Made by a program: the position numbers and the translations under genes
Notes under the pieces: model-generated
Seen by the model: only the letters and a program-made list of their open reading frames with translations
The model's database searches: none
Told to the model about the DNA's origin: nothing
Shown here: positions 33,977 to 44,083 of the stretch, piece by piece
Layout: each line of letters begins with the position of its first letter
How positions within the stretch are numbered: the first letter of the stretch is position 1
From: Escherichia coli
GTDB taxonomy: Bacteria; Pseudomonadota; Gammaproteobacteria; Enterobacterales; Enterobacteriaceae
Assembly (NCBI RefSeq): GCF_041248615.1
Contig: NZ_CP158426.1
DNA length: 64,000 nt
Reading direction: 5' to 3' (one strand)

Positions 33977-35110
33977 TTAAACCGTCAGCACCACACAGCT
34001 GTCCACTTCCCAGCACAAACGCACTTCATCGCCCCAGGTCGGTAACCCTTTACGATGACGATGGGCGTTTTGTAGCTGGGCGCTAATCATTTGCCCACTT
34101 TTCAGACGAACGTGATACACCGAAAGATCGCCGAGATAGGCAATGTGTATCACCTCCCCCACCGCAAAATTGTAGCCGTCAGCAGGCGGTTGATCGCAAA
34201 GCATGATTTTTTCCGGGCGAAGCGCCACATGCACCGGCACGTTATCGACCACCGAAGCATCTACATCGACTTTCAGTGGATGCACCAGCCCCGGCGAATA
34301 AAGCACCAGACCATCTTCCTGACGCTCTTTGAGTACACCTTCAAAGACATTAACCGAGCCAATAAATTCGGCGCTGTAGCGGGTGGTCGGATGCTCATAG
34401 ATCTCTTCCGGTTCGCCAATCTGGACAAATTTCCCACGATTCATAATGGCGATACGCCCCGCCATGGTCATCGCCTCTTCCTGATCGTGGGTGACCATCA
34501 CACAAGTCACACCGACACGCTCCAGAATATCCACCACTTCAAGCTGCATCCGGTCACGCAGCTTTTTATCCAGCGCGCCCATCGGCTCATCGAGCAGTAA
34601 TAGTTTCGGGCGCTTGGCAAGGCTTCGGGCCAGGGCCACACGCTGTCGCTGACCACCGGAAAGCTGATGCGGTTTGCGTTTGGCGAACTCCTGCATATGC
34701 ACCAGCCCGAGCATCTCATTGACCCGGCTGGCAATTTCCGCTTTCGGTAGTTTGTCCTGTTTCAGGCCAAAAGCGATGTTCTGTTCCACGGTCATATGCG
34801 GAAACAGCGCGTAAGACTGAAACATCATATTGATGGGGCGCAGGTAAGGCGGAACCTGTGACAAATCGACGCCATCAAGCATTATCTGTCCGGCAGAAGG
34901 TTGTTCGAAACCTGCCAGCATACGCAGCAGCGTGGACTTGCCACAGCCGGATGCGCCCAGCAGCGCGAAGATTTCACCTTTGTAGATGGTCAGGCTGACA
35001 TCATCCACCGCATGTTGACCATCGTAGGATTTGGTGAGGTTGCGGATTTCTAATAGCGGCGTCAGCGCCTTACGGGTTTTCGCCTGCGGGCGAGGGATAG
35101 CGTCATTCAC
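33977..35110 (-). CDS. potG: Putrescine ABC transporter ATP-binding protein PotG
   Basis: GTG start at 35110 giving (M)NDAIPRPQAKTRKALTPLLEIRNL...; Walker A GASGCGKST. Confidence 0.9.
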   Translation of the reverse strand: MNDAIPRPQAKTRKALTPLLEIRNLTKSYDGQHAVDDVSLTIYKGEIFALLGASGCGKSTLLRMLAGFEQPSAGQIMLDGVDLSQVPPYLRPINMMFQSYALFPHMTVEQNIAFGLKQDKLPKAEIASRVNEMLGLVHMQEFAKRKPHQLSGGQRQRVALARSLAKRPKLLLLDEPMGALDKKLRDRMQLEVVDILERVGVTCVMVTHDQEEAMTMAGRIAIMNRGKFVQIGEPEEIYEHPTTRYSAEFIGSVNVFEGVLKERQEDGLVLYSPGLVHPLKVDVDASVVDNVPVHVALRPEKIMLCDQPPADGYNFAVGEVIHIAYLGDLSVYHVRLKSGQMISAQLQNAHRHRKGLPTWGDEVRLCWEVDSCVVLTV

Positions 35111-35204
35111 GGCTGCTCTCCGGCATTGAATGTGTGCAAGCGCACCATAATGGTGCGAATTGCCGGCGGGCGTGGTGCGCCCGTCCGGCATCTACGACTG
35201 CGGA

Positions 35205-36317
35205 TTATTTTCCGCTCTTCACTTTGGTCCACGCGCGGGTGCGCACACGGTCTATTTTTGGATCCTGCACTTTCAGAGTGAACAACTTCGCACGAACGTC
35301 CGCCGGAGGATAAATCCCTGGATTATCACGCACTTCCGCGCTTACCAGCGGCGTAGCTTCTTTGTTCGCGTTGGCATAGAACACATGGTCGGAAATATGC
35401 GCCACCACATCCGGGCGCAGCAGGTAATTCAGGAACTGATAGGCTTCGTCTTTATTTTTGGCATCCGCAGGCATGGCGAAGACATCAAAGAACGCCATCG
35501 CCCCTTCTTTCGGAATCGAGAACGAGACATTAACGCCATTCTTCGCTTCCTTCGCGCGGTTTGACGCCTGCCAGACATCACCTGCCCAGCCGATAGCGAC
35601 GCAAATATCGCCGTTTGCCAGGTCGTTAATGTATTGAGATGAATGGAAATAACGAATGTTCGGGCGCAGCTTTAACAGCAGATCGGTAGCCGGTCCGGTG
35701 TAATCATCCGCTTTAGTGCTGTTGGGATCTTTGCCGAGATAATTCAGCACGGTAGCAAACACTTCTTCCGGTGCATCAAGGAAAGAGACGCCGCAGCTTT
35801 TCAGTTTTTCCAGATTTTCAGGTTTGAGGATCAAGTCCCAGCTATCGACGGGCGCGTTTTCGCCCAGCACCGCTTTGACTTTATCGACGTTATAGCCAAT
35901 CCCGGTTGTCGCCCACATATAGGGCATAGCAAATTTATTATCCGGGTCGTGTTTGGCAACCAACTTCAGCAGTTCCGGGTCGAGATTCTTCCACTCCGGC
36001 AATTTGCTTTTATCCAGCGGCTGGAAAACTCCCGCAGTCAACTGGCGTTCAAGAAAGCTTGCTGACGGCACCACCAGGTCAAAGCCGGTGCTACCCGCCA
36101 TTAATTTGCCTTCCAGTACTTCGTTAGAGTCGAAAACATCGTAGACGACTTTAATACCGGTTTCTTTTTCAAAATTGGCCACCGTGTCCGGGGCGATATA
36201 ATCAGACCAGTTATAAATGTGAAGTGTTTTTTGTTCAGCCGCGAGCGTGCCGACAGAGACGGCCATCAGAGCACCCGTAACCAGACCCGATAGCCATTTT
36301 TTATTTAAGGCGGTCAT
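35205..36317 (-). CDS. potF: Putrescine-binding periplasmic protein PotF
   Basis: MTALNKKWLSGLVTGALMAVSVGTLAAEQKTLHIYNW... from the internal Met of ORF 35205-36467. Confidence 0.93.
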   Translation of the reverse strand: MTALNKKWLSGLVTGALMAVSVGTLAAEQKTLHIYNWSDYIAPDTVANFEKETGIKVVYDVFDSNEVLEGKLMAGSTGFDLVVPSASFLERQLTAGVFQPLDKSKLPEWKNLDPELLKLVAKHDPDNKFAMPYMWATTGIGYNVDKVKAVLGENAPVDSWDLILKPENLEKLKSCGVSFLDAPEEVFATVLNYLGKDPNSTKADDYTGPATDLLLKLRPNIRYFHSSQYINDLANGDICVAIGWAGDVWQASNRAKEAKNGVNVSFSIPKEGAMAFFDVFAMPADAKNKDEAYQFLNYLLRPDVVAHISDHVFYANANKEATPLVSAEVRDNPGIYPPADVRAKLFTLKVQDPKIDRVRTRAWTKVKSGK

Positions 36318-36667
36318 ATCTCTTTCCTTCTGAAAGTTCGTTAACAAACGAACAAAAGTTGTCACACTGAAAGATATGCAATAAACGTGCATATTTTTTA
36401 TCGGCGCGGTGTAAGAAAAGAGAACTCTCTCCCGGCCAGCACTGCTCGCTATATAAAAGCATCGCAAGAATAACTTTAGCCAGGGTTTGAGACTATAGCT
36501 CGGATTAAAAAACGGTATTTAACAAATTTTTATGCGTATTTGCTCTATGTGATAAAGCCAAATCGGCACAAGAGAAGTGAAATAATCTTTAAGAAAAGGT
36601 TAAAAACAGCAGATAATTTTGCAGCACGCAGTCACTGCGGCAGCGACTGCGTACTCGAAAGGAGTTA

Positions 36668-37144
36668 TCAGTGGAGGAAATAGTTTTCGGTAACGTTGTT
36701 TTGCCCTTCATCGTCAGTCGGTAACAGCAGTTGATGGGCATTAGCTTCAAGAATGACCATCGAAATCTGCTCTTCGCTCTGACGCACGAACCATGCAAAC
36801 TGCTCATAGGTTACGCCCTGCATAACGGATAAAGACTGGCAAACCACCAGCTTTGGCAGATTATCATCCTGCATATCAAGAAATGCTTTCACGGTCAGCG
36901 AACTGGCATTGATGGCAGATAAATCTGCCGCCAGGGGCAATACGGCTGAAGGTCGGACTTCCGCCATGGCAGAAAACAGGATCGTGTTATCGATCAGATC
37001 GATTTTGGCATCAAAGACACCGTCGAAATTCTGCATATGGGGCAGATGCAGAGCCTGACAGTTATCACATTCAAAAAAACTCATCCCCAGGTCATCGAGC
37101 CATTGACGCAGCGTATCCAGACCAGGAACGACCAGCGATGTCAT
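36668..37144 (-). CDS. ybjN: YbjN (sensory-transduction regulator-like)
   Basis: MTSLVVPGLDTLRQWLDDLGMSFFECDNCQALHLPH... 158 aa. Confidence 0.88.
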   Translation of the reverse strand: MTSLVVPGLDTLRQWLDDLGMSFFECDNCQALHLPHMQNFDGVFDAKIDLIDNTILFSAMAEVRPSAVLPLAADLSAINASSLTVKAFLDMQDDNLPKLVVCQSLSVMQGVTYEQFAWFVRQSEEQISMVILEANAHQLLLPTDDEGQNNVTENYFLH

Positions 37145-37231
37145 AATTTTGTACAACCTCTTTCGATAAAAAGACCGGCACAGCTTACGCAAAAAGCGCA
37201 GGCAAAACCATGATCAGTAATGTGATTGCGA

Positions 37232-38134
37232 CTAACCACCCGTTTTCAGGCAATATTCCGTCGTAGCGTGGCGTTCGATCCAGCGGATCATTTTACCCGC
37301 GATGTCGATACCGGTGGTTTTTTCTATTCCTTCCAGCCCCGGCGACGCATTCACTTCCATCACCAACGGCCCACGATTAGCACGCAAAATATCTACACCA
37401 GCAACATCCAGCGCCATCGTTCGCGCGGCTTTTATCGCGATTTCACGCTCCTGTGGTGTGATACTGGCGACGCTTGCCGCGCCGCCACGATGCAAATTGG
37501 AACGAAAATCGCCCTCTTTCGCCCGCCGTTCAATCGCAGCGACCACTTCATCGCCAACAACCAGACAGCGGATATCACACCCTTGCGCCTCTTTGATATA
37601 TTCCTGCACCAGAATATGCGCGTTCAGACCGCGGAAAGCGTCAATCACGCTTTCGGCCGCCTGACGCGTCTCCGCCAGCACGACGCCAATTCCCTGCGTG
37701 CCTTCAACCAACTTGACCACCAGCGGCGCACCACCGACCATGTCGATTAAATCGCTGGTATCATCCGGCGAATGCGCAATGCCCGTGACAGGCAGGTCGA
37801 TGCCCTGACGCGCCAGCAGTTGCATGGAACGCAATTTGTCACGCGCCCGGGCAATGGCGACCGACTCATTGAGCGGATAGCTCCCCAGCATCTCGAACTG
37901 GCGCAGTGCCGCCGTCCCATAAAAGGTAATGGCGGTGCCAATACGCGGGATCACTGCGTCAAAATGGGGTAACTTGCGGCCTTTGTAGTGAATAGAAGAC
38001 GCCGCAGGATTTATGTTCATGTAGCAAGAAAGCGGATCAAGAATTTCAACCAGGTGACCGCGCTGTATAGCGGCTTCACGCAGCCGCTTACACGAATAGA
38101 GCGTTCCATCCCGGGACAATATGGCAATTTTCAC
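37232..38134 (-). CDS. rimK: Ribosomal protein S6 glutamate ligase RimK
   Basis: 300-aa ATP-grasp [38 protein letters not shown]... Confidence 0.95.
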   Translation of the reverse strand: MKIAILSRDGTLYSCKRLREAAIQRGHLVEILDPLSCYMNINPAASSIHYKGRKLPHFDAVIPRIGTAITFYGTAALRQFEMLGSYPLNESVAIARARDKLRSMQLLARQGIDLPVTGIAHSPDDTSDLIDMVGGAPLVVKLVEGTQGIGVVLAETRQAAESVIDAFRGLNAHILVQEYIKEAQGCDIRCLVVGDEVVAAIERRAKEGDFRSNLHRGGAASVASITPQEREIAIKAARTMALDVAGVDILRANRGPLVMEVNASPGLEGIEKTTGIDIAGKMIRWIERHATTEYCLKTGG

Positions 38135-38194
38135 CCTGCACCTCTCTGTCAGACCTGGTCAAAAGCCCGCGTATCATACATCGGCGTGGCGGTT

Positions 38195-38906
38195 TTAGCG
38201 CGTCGCCCAACCCTGTTTGTGCAAATAATCCAGAATAAATGGGCGGCTTTCTTTAATGATTGTTCGGCGGATATGATCGCTCCAGGTATCCCGGCGATTA
38301 TTGCTGCCACGGGTCCGCCAGTTGTTCGTCATACTGCGCCAGTGCGTCTTTATCCAGCGGTTGATAGCTGTTTTCATGCACCAAAATGGAGGACGGTAAA
38401 CGCGGCTTAAGATCCGGATTATCCGCAGGCCAGCCAAGGCACAGCCCAAACAGCGGCAGAACATGCTGCGGTAATTTCAGCAGCTCCGTCACCGCTTCAA
38501 TATTATTGCGCAGGCCGCCGATATATACCCCGCCCAATCCCAGCGATTCCGCTGCGGTTAATGCATTCTGCGCCATCATTGCCGTATCAACGACACCGAG
38601 CAACAGTTGTTCCGCCAGGCCAAGTTGTGCATCCGGACAGATCTGTAAATGGCGGTTAAAGTCGGCACAGAACACCCAGAACTCCGCCGCTTGCGCTACG
38701 TGTTTTTGCCCGCCGGTCAGCGTCACCAGTTCTTCACGTAACGCTTTGTCGGTAATGCGAATAATGCTACTGCACTGCAAAAAACTGGAACTGGACGTCG
38801 CACGGGCGCTGTTAATAATCGCCTCACGCTGCGCTTCGGAAATGGGTTCATCAGTGAAATGGCGAATGGAGCGATGGCCACAAATAAGTTCAATGGTTGG
38901 CGTCAT
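38195..38906 (-). pseudogene. nfsA: nfsA (oxygen-insensitive NADPH nitroreductase) interrupted by a frameshift near 38313
   Basis: N-terminal 197 aa in one frame ends ...QYDEQLADPWQQ*; the recalled NfsA C-terminus TRGSNNRRDTWSDHIRRTIIKESRPFILDYLHKQGWATR is in a second frame (ORF 38195-38464). Confidence 0.8.
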
Positions 38907-39177
38907 TATCTTTTTCTCTTTCTGAACGTGAATATTGCGGTGGACGGTTCATCAGCTGTGGGGCAAGACGTTTTGCCACCTGAAGAATAACCACCACCGC
39001 AGCGGGAAGCATGAGCAAAACACCGAGAAAAATCATCAGAATCTGCACTTCTGGCCGAGAAAATGGCTCAGGCAGCGACAGGGAGCCGCTTACCGACAGC
39101 AGCGCCACCGCCAGCAACATCATTCCGATAAATTCCAGTATCAACACGCTTTTAGGCAATTTACCGATCGCGCGCAT
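38890..39177 (-). CDS. ybjC: Small membrane protein YbjC
   Basis: 95-aa ORF immediately upstream of nfsA, as in K-12. Confidence 0.85.
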   Translation of the reverse strand: MRAIGKLPKSVLILEFIGMMLLAVALLSVSGSLSLPEPFSRPEVQILMIFLGVLLMLPAAVVVILQVAKRLAPQLMNRPPQYSRSEREKDNDANH

Positions 39178-39336
39178 ACGCTTCCCTCTGCAAAGTGAGC
39201 CTTCAGTCTAAAACTTTTCACTGTATTGTGTTTAACAGTTATAGCTTTTAGCAATTAATGCAACAGGTTAAACCTACTTTCAGCGAATTCATTTTAGCGT
39301 GATCATTACAGGCATAAATCTATGAGGAGAGAAATA

Positions 39337-39594
39337 ATGCAAACCGTTATTTTTGGTCGTCCGGGTTGCCCTTACTGTGTGCGTGCAAAAGATCTGGCTG
39401 AGAAATTGAGCAATGAACGCGATGATTTTCAGTATCAGTATGTAGATATTCGTGCGGAAGGGATCACTAAAGAAGATCTACAACAAAAGGCAGGTAAACC
39501 CGTAGAAACCGTGCCGCAGATTTTTGTCGATCAGCAACATATCGGCGGCTATACCGATTTTGCTGCATGGGTGAAAGAGAATCTGGACGCCTGA
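39337..39594 (+). CDS. grxA: Glutaredoxin 1
   Basis: MQTVIFGRPGCPYCVRAKDLAEKL... CPYC active site. Confidence 0.95.
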   Translation: MQTVIFGRPGCPYCVRAKDLAEKLSNERDDFQYQYVDIRAEGITKEDLQQKAGKPVETVPQIFVDQQHIGGYTDFAAWVKENLDA

Positions 39595-39604
39595 TCGTCT
39601 GACA

Positions 39605-39636
39605 AGCCCTCGCGTTGAGGGCTTTATTGATTTTTT
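39605..39636 (+). terminator. Rho-independent terminator after grxA
   Basis: agccctcgcgttgagggct hairpin followed by ttattgattttttc. Confidence 0.55.
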
Positions 39637-40001
39637 CTGTGCTGTGGTTTAAACAAACTACTGATAAATAAGAAACACAGTGCCCCCAGCGCACACCAGA
39701 ACACCGCACTTAATAACCATGCCAGCTCTTGCCAGAATGAGCGCGTCGGTGAAAAAAACAGCCGCATAATAAGCATTGAACAGGGTGCCGCCAGCATTGC
39801 ACCAAACAGAGGTTTCAAGACTTCTCTACGCTGTGAAAAGAAGCTGGCAACTGCTCCAGGAAGAATGAAAAACAGCAAGCCGATTTCAGGATGCCCGGCA
39901 GCCCGAAAAGCGCCTTTCATGTGCGTCGCCAGAAAAAGGCACACCACAATGAAGAGGACAAAACAGCAGATTGCCCCCGCCCAACGTTGTTTATGTTTCA
40001 C
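39624..40001 (-). CDS. ybjM: Inner membrane protein YbjM
   Basis: 125-aa hydrophobic ORF in K-12 position. Confidence 0.85.
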   Translation of the reverse strand: MKHKQRWAGAICCFVLFIVVCLFLATHMKGAFRAAGHPEIGLLFFILPGAVASFFSQRREVLKPLFGAMLAAPCSMLIMRLFFSPTRSFWQELAWLLSAVFWCALGALCFLFISSLFKPQHRKNQ

Positions 40002-40270
40002 TCGTTCCTCCTGACACTGCGTCTATCGAACACATTTTTCGCCAGTGTGGCGTTCAGTAAGATAAAGCCGCTTCGCATTCCATGCTAATATAGGCCAACG
40101 CAATTCATATAGCCGTTGATACCTAATGTGATTACACTAGTAAAATATATTGTTACTTTACTATCGTTTAGGTGCGCTGAATGAATCTGCGCCCTGAATT
40201 CTGGTAAAAAACATTATCGTAAATTACCATTTCTTTCAACAGCTTACTAGTAAACAAGAAGTTAGCCTCC

Positions 40271-41956
40271 GTGAATATAAACGTCGCCGAATTGTTAAAT
40301 GGGAATTACATTCTGTTATTATTTGTGGTCCTCGCGCTTGGGCTATGTCTCGGGAAATTACGACTTGGTTCGATCCAACTGGGTAATTCCATTGGCGTTT
40401 TAGTCGTATCGCTGTTATTAGGCCAACAACATTTCAGCATTAACACCGACGCGCTTAATCTTGGCTTTATGCTGTTTATTTTCTGCGTCGGGGTCGAAGC
40501 CGGACCGAACTTTTTTTCCATTTTTTTTCGCGATGGGAAAAATTACCTAATGTTAGCACTGGTGATGGTTGGCAGTGCGCTGGCCATCGCCTTAGGGTTA
40601 GGTAAGCTGTTTGGCTGGGATATTGGCCTGACGGCCGGTATGTTAGCAGGCTCTATGACGTCAACACCGGTTCTGGTCGGTGCTGGCGATACACTGCGTC
40701 ATTCCGGCATGGAAAGCAGGCAGCTCTCACTGGCACTGGATAATCTGAGCCTCGGGTATGCCTTAACCTATTTAATCGGTCTGGTGAGTTTGATTGTTGG
40801 TGCGCGTTACTTGCCGAAATTGCAGCATCAGGACTTACAGACCAGCGCCCAGCAAATCGCCCGCGAACGTGGCCTGGACACAGATGCCAACCGTAAGGTT
40901 TATTTGCCGGTGATCCGCGCCTACCGCGTCGGCCCGGAGCTGGTAGCCTGGACCGACGGCAAAAATCTGCGTGAACTGGGTATTTATCGACAAACCGGCT
41001 GCTACATTGAACGTATTCGGCGTAACGGGATTCTGGCAAATCCAGACGGTGATGCCGTGCTACAAATGGGCGATGAAATAGCGTTGGTAGGCTACCCCGA
41101 CGCCCACGCCCGACTCGATCCCAGTTTCCGTAATGGCAAAGAAGTTTTCGATCGTGACCTTCTCGACATGCGTATCGTCACTGAAGAAGTGGTCGTTAAA
41201 AACCATAACGCTGTTGGCAAACGCCTGGCACAACTGAAGTTGACCGATCACGGTTGCTTCCTTAACCGCGTCATACGTAGCCAGATTGAGATGCCGATTG
41301 ATGACAACGTCGTGCTTAACAAAGGTGACGTTTTACAAGTCAGCGGCGATGCCCGCCGCGTAAAAACCATCGCCGATCGCATCGGCTTTATCTCGATTCA
41401 CAGCCAGGTCACTGACTTGCTGGCATTCTGCGCCTTCTTTGTTATTGGGCTGATGATCGGGATGATCACCTTCCAGTTCAGCACATTCAGTTTCGGCATG
41501 GGGAACGCTGCCGGGTTGTTATTCGCCGGAATTATGCTGGGCTTTATGCGTGCTAACCACCCGACCTTCGGTTACATTCCGCAGGGTGCATTAAGCATGG
41601 TGAAGGAGTTCGGCTTGATGGTGTTTATGGCAGGCGTTGGTCTGAGCGCTGGTAGCGGTATTAATAACGGCCTGGGCGCGATTGGCGGTCAGATGTTGAT
41701 TGCCGGATTGATTGTCAGTCTGGTGCCAGTGGTTATCTGCTTCTTGTTCGGTGCTTATGTATTGCGAATGAACCGCGCACTGTTGTTCGGCGCAATGATG
41801 GGCGCACGCACCTGCGCGCCGGCAATGGAGATCATCAGTGATACAGCTCGCAGTAACATCCCGGCGCTGGGCTATGCGGGCACCTACGCAATCGCCAACG
41901 TCCTGCTGACGCTGGCAGGGACAATCATCGTCATGGTATGGCCAGGATTAGGATAA
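40271..41956 (+). CDS. ybjL: Putative AAE-family transporter YbjL (two TrkA-C domains)
   Basis: 561-aa [39 protein letters not shown]... Confidence 0.93.
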   Translation: MNINVAELLNGNYILLLFVVLALGLCLGKLRLGSIQLGNSIGVLVVSLLLGQQHFSINTDALNLGFMLFIFCVGVEAGPNFFSIFFRDGKNYLMLALVMVGSALAIALGLGKLFGWDIGLTAGMLAGSMTSTPVLVGAGDTLRHSGMESRQLSLALDNLSLGYALTYLIGLVSLIVGARYLPKLQHQDLQTSAQQIARERGLDTDANRKVYLPVIRAYRVGPELVAWTDGKNLRELGIYRQTGCYIERIRRNGILANPDGDAVLQMGDEIALVGYPDAHARLDPSFRNGKEVFDRDLLDMRIVTEEVVVKNHNAVGKRLAQLKLTDHGCFLNRVIRSQIEMPIDDNVVLNKGDVLQVSGDARRVKTIADRIGFISIHSQVTDLLAFCAFFVIGLMIGMITFQFSTFSFGMGNAAGLLFAGIMLGFMRANHPTFGYIPQGALSMVKEFGLMVFMAGVGLSAGSGINNGLGAIGGQMLIAGLIVSLVPVVICFLFGAYVLRMNRALLFGAMMGARTCAPAMEIISDTARSNIPALGYAGTYAIANVLLTLAGTIIVMVWPGLG

Positions 41957-41999
41957 AACTGAAGTTGCCCTGAAAATGAAATTTTTTTGCACAACCGCA

Positions 42000-42027
42000 G
42001 AACTTTTCCGCAGGGCATCAGTCTTAA
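42000..42027 (+). promoter_or_regulatory. Candidate sigma-E promoter of rybB
   Basis: GAACTT (-35-like) about 16 bp upstream of TCTTAA (-10-like), ending ~6 bp before the sRNA 5' end. Confidence 0.5.
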
Positions 42028-42032
42028 TTAGT

Positions 42033-42111
42033 GCCACTGCTTTTCTTTGATGTCCCCATTTTGTGGAGCCCATCAACCCCGCCATTTCGGTTCAAGGTTG
42101 GTGGGTTTTTT
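42033..42111 (+). ncRNA. rybB: RybB small RNA (sigma-E-dependent)
   Basis: GCCACTGCTTTTCTTTGATGTCCCCATTTTGTGGAGCCCATCAACCCCGCCATTTCGGTTCAAGGTTGGTGGGTTTTTT matches recalled RybB nearly base for base; lies downstream of ybjL as in K-12. Confidence 0.8.
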
Positions 42112-42191
42112 GTTGCCTGAAATTTATGCCTTTTAAAATCATGATATTAGAAGCACTGTTTTTTAACGATGGCGACAAAATGGCGGCAGCG

Positions 42192-42407
42192 TCAAAGAGA
42201 GAGCGCCACCTGTCCTGATTTCATTGGATGCGGCTGAACCGGATTTGACTCTTTTGGCGTTGCAATCGAACGAACAAAAGTTTCATGGGTAACAAAAGTA
42301 TGGCTGCAGTTAATGTTCTGGCACTGGTTGTAACGCTCTTTGGTCAATGAAGATACCTGAAAACTGCTGCGAGTATGGGCGGCACTTCCACACAGTGGGC
42401 AAATCAT
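42192..42407 (-). CDS. ogr: Ogr-type zinc-finger late transcription activator
   Basis: ~71 aa with CPLC...CQNINC zinc-finger spacing, similar to recalled P2 Ogr; start codon uncertain (ORF runs to 42443). Confidence 0.8.
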   Translation of the reverse strand: MICPLCGSAAHTRSSFQVSSLTKERYNQCQNINCSHTFVTHETFVRSIATPKESNPVQPHPMKSGQVALSL

Positions 42408-42500
42408 CATTTTTCGAGTTCTCCCCATTTTTGCTAAATTCACAATAATGATACCGCATTATTCCATTTTGCAAACTTAAAAGTTCTCCATTGCGAAGAA

Positions 42501-43601
42501 TCATTCCATTTCGAAATCATCAATCCTCACTTCAAGCTCCAGACTGGTCGTAAAACCGTTATCCGGGCTGACGGTATGTGTCAGAGTCGTAATGGTCCAT
42601 TCCGCATCATCTATCGGCTGTTTAAAACCACTGACTTTCACTGGCATTTCCGTGTAGAGATCTGCCCGACCTTCCGCCAGTTGTAGCGAGAATGACGCAA
42701 CGCCGCGTTGCAGGCGTTCCCACTGCATTTTCGCTGCCCGTTCAGCGTTGCTCCGGTTGGCATAAGTGCGATTAAGTACCAGCACGTTTTCATCTGTACC
42801 CACCAGGTAATCGCCCTGCTTCGCTTCCGGCTCTTTCTTCTGCTTCTTAGTTCTGCGCTTACGCTTCACCGTTGTGCTTTCTTTCTTCGCGGGTTCGCGG
42901 GTATGCAACCAGCTGGCAATTACGCCCGTGTAGGCTCCGCGATCTGCCAGGGTAAATCGGTGACTGTCGCCGTCCTTGCGTGTGATAGTGATCACTGGCA
43001 GTGGTTTACCAGTGGCGCTTTTGCCCAGCCCCTGCCGGATGAATAACAGATTGCCATTTTTCACCGACGCGATGGCACCGTACTGTCGCGCCAGCCGCAT
43101 CAGAAAACTGCCGTCACTCTCATTAGTCTGGTCTATATGCTCCACGGGCTTATCCGACAGGTCTTTACCCAGTGCCATCTTCAGCTTGTGCCGCGCGGCT
43201 ATTTCCTTCACCACCTCCCCGATGGTGGCGTTATGCCACGATTTTTCACGGCGGGTATTCAGGGTTTCCCGAAAATCAGCACTTCGCGCCCGGATAGTCA
43301 GGCGGTCCGGTGCGCCAGTGTGTTCAATCTCGTCCACCGTGAATGCCCCTTTCGGGAAAAGCTGCTGCCCCTTCCAGCCCAGCGCCAGCGTAATGACCGC
43401 ACCACGGCGCGGCAGCGCTATTTTTCCATCGGCGTCGTCCAGCTCCAGATCAAGCTGGTCCGCTTCAAAGCCCCGGTTATCCGTCAGCGTCAGCCTCATC
43501 AGGCGGTTATCCAGCACAGTGGTGATATCCCTGCCCTCAATACTGATGTTGAATGCGGGAGTTTTGTTGCCTTTGCTAAGCAGTTCAGAGCTGAAATTCA
43601 C
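42501..43601 (-). CDS. P2 gpD-like tail protein
   Basis: 366-aa ORF at the position of P2 gene D (after U, before ogr). Confidence 0.8.
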   Translation of the reverse strand: MNFSSELLSKGNKTPAFNISIEGRDITTVLDNRLMRLTLTDNRGFEADQLDLELDDADGKIALPRRGAVITLALGWKGQQLFPKGAFTVDEIEHTGAPDRLTIRARSADFRETLNTRREKSWHNATIGEVVKEIAARHKLKMALGKDLSDKPVEHIDQTNESDGSFLMRLARQYGAIASVKNGNLLFIRQGLGKSATGKPLPVITITRKDGDSHRFTLADRGAYTGVIASWLHTREPAKKESTTVKRKRRTKKQKKEPEAKQGDYLVGTDENVLVLNRTYANRSNAERAAKMQWERLQRGVASFSLQLAEGRADLYTEMPVKVSGFKQPIDDAEWTITTLTHTVSPDNGFTTSLELEVRIDDFEME

Positions 43602-44083
43602 GACAGCAGCCCTCCCACCGTTTTACTGATATCACTTAAGGCAGATGTTGCCGTGTCCTGCAGATTATTCAGTTGCGTACTGAGATCACCGAACATATCG
43701 GACAGGGATTCATCCACCCGTTTGAGCGACAGGGTGAACTCAATCCGGCGCGGCATACCGTCGCGGAAAAACTCCGTTTTAGTCAGATTCAGTCCCTCAA
43801 TCACATACATGCCGTAAATCGTGCCGCTGCCTTCAATCAGGGGCCATGCTTTTCCCTGTTCTGCCATCTGCTCCAGAGCCAGCAACGACAGCCTGCCGCC
43901 CGTTATCTCCGGCATAAGAACACCAGAAAGCGTCAGCATGTCGTTGTCCGGTCCCAGAAACTGCGTGGACGGACGACGGTTTACCCGGCTGTTTGCCGCA
44001 TGTCGCCAGCTGCGTTGATACTGCAGTTCCTGATACGGAACGGTGCGCAGCATAAACACGTACAATCCCAGCACCATCATCAT
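43598..44083 (-). CDS. P2 gpU-like tail protein
   Basis: 161-aa ORF between T and D, overlapping both by 4 bp. Confidence 0.8.
   Translation of the reverse strand: MMMVLGLYVFMLRTVPYQELQYQRSWRHAANSRVNRRPSTQFLGPDNDMLTLSGVLMPEITGGRLSLLALEQMAEQGKAWPLIEGSGTIYGMYVIEGLNLTKTEFFRDGMPRRIEFTLSLKRVDESLSDMFGDLSTQLNNLQDTATSALSDISKTVGGLLS

Noticed and set aside
42310-42504. 64-aa ORF overlapping ogr in another frame
   Set aside because: Overlaps the zinc-finger ogr reading frame and the ogr-D junction; no support beyond being open.
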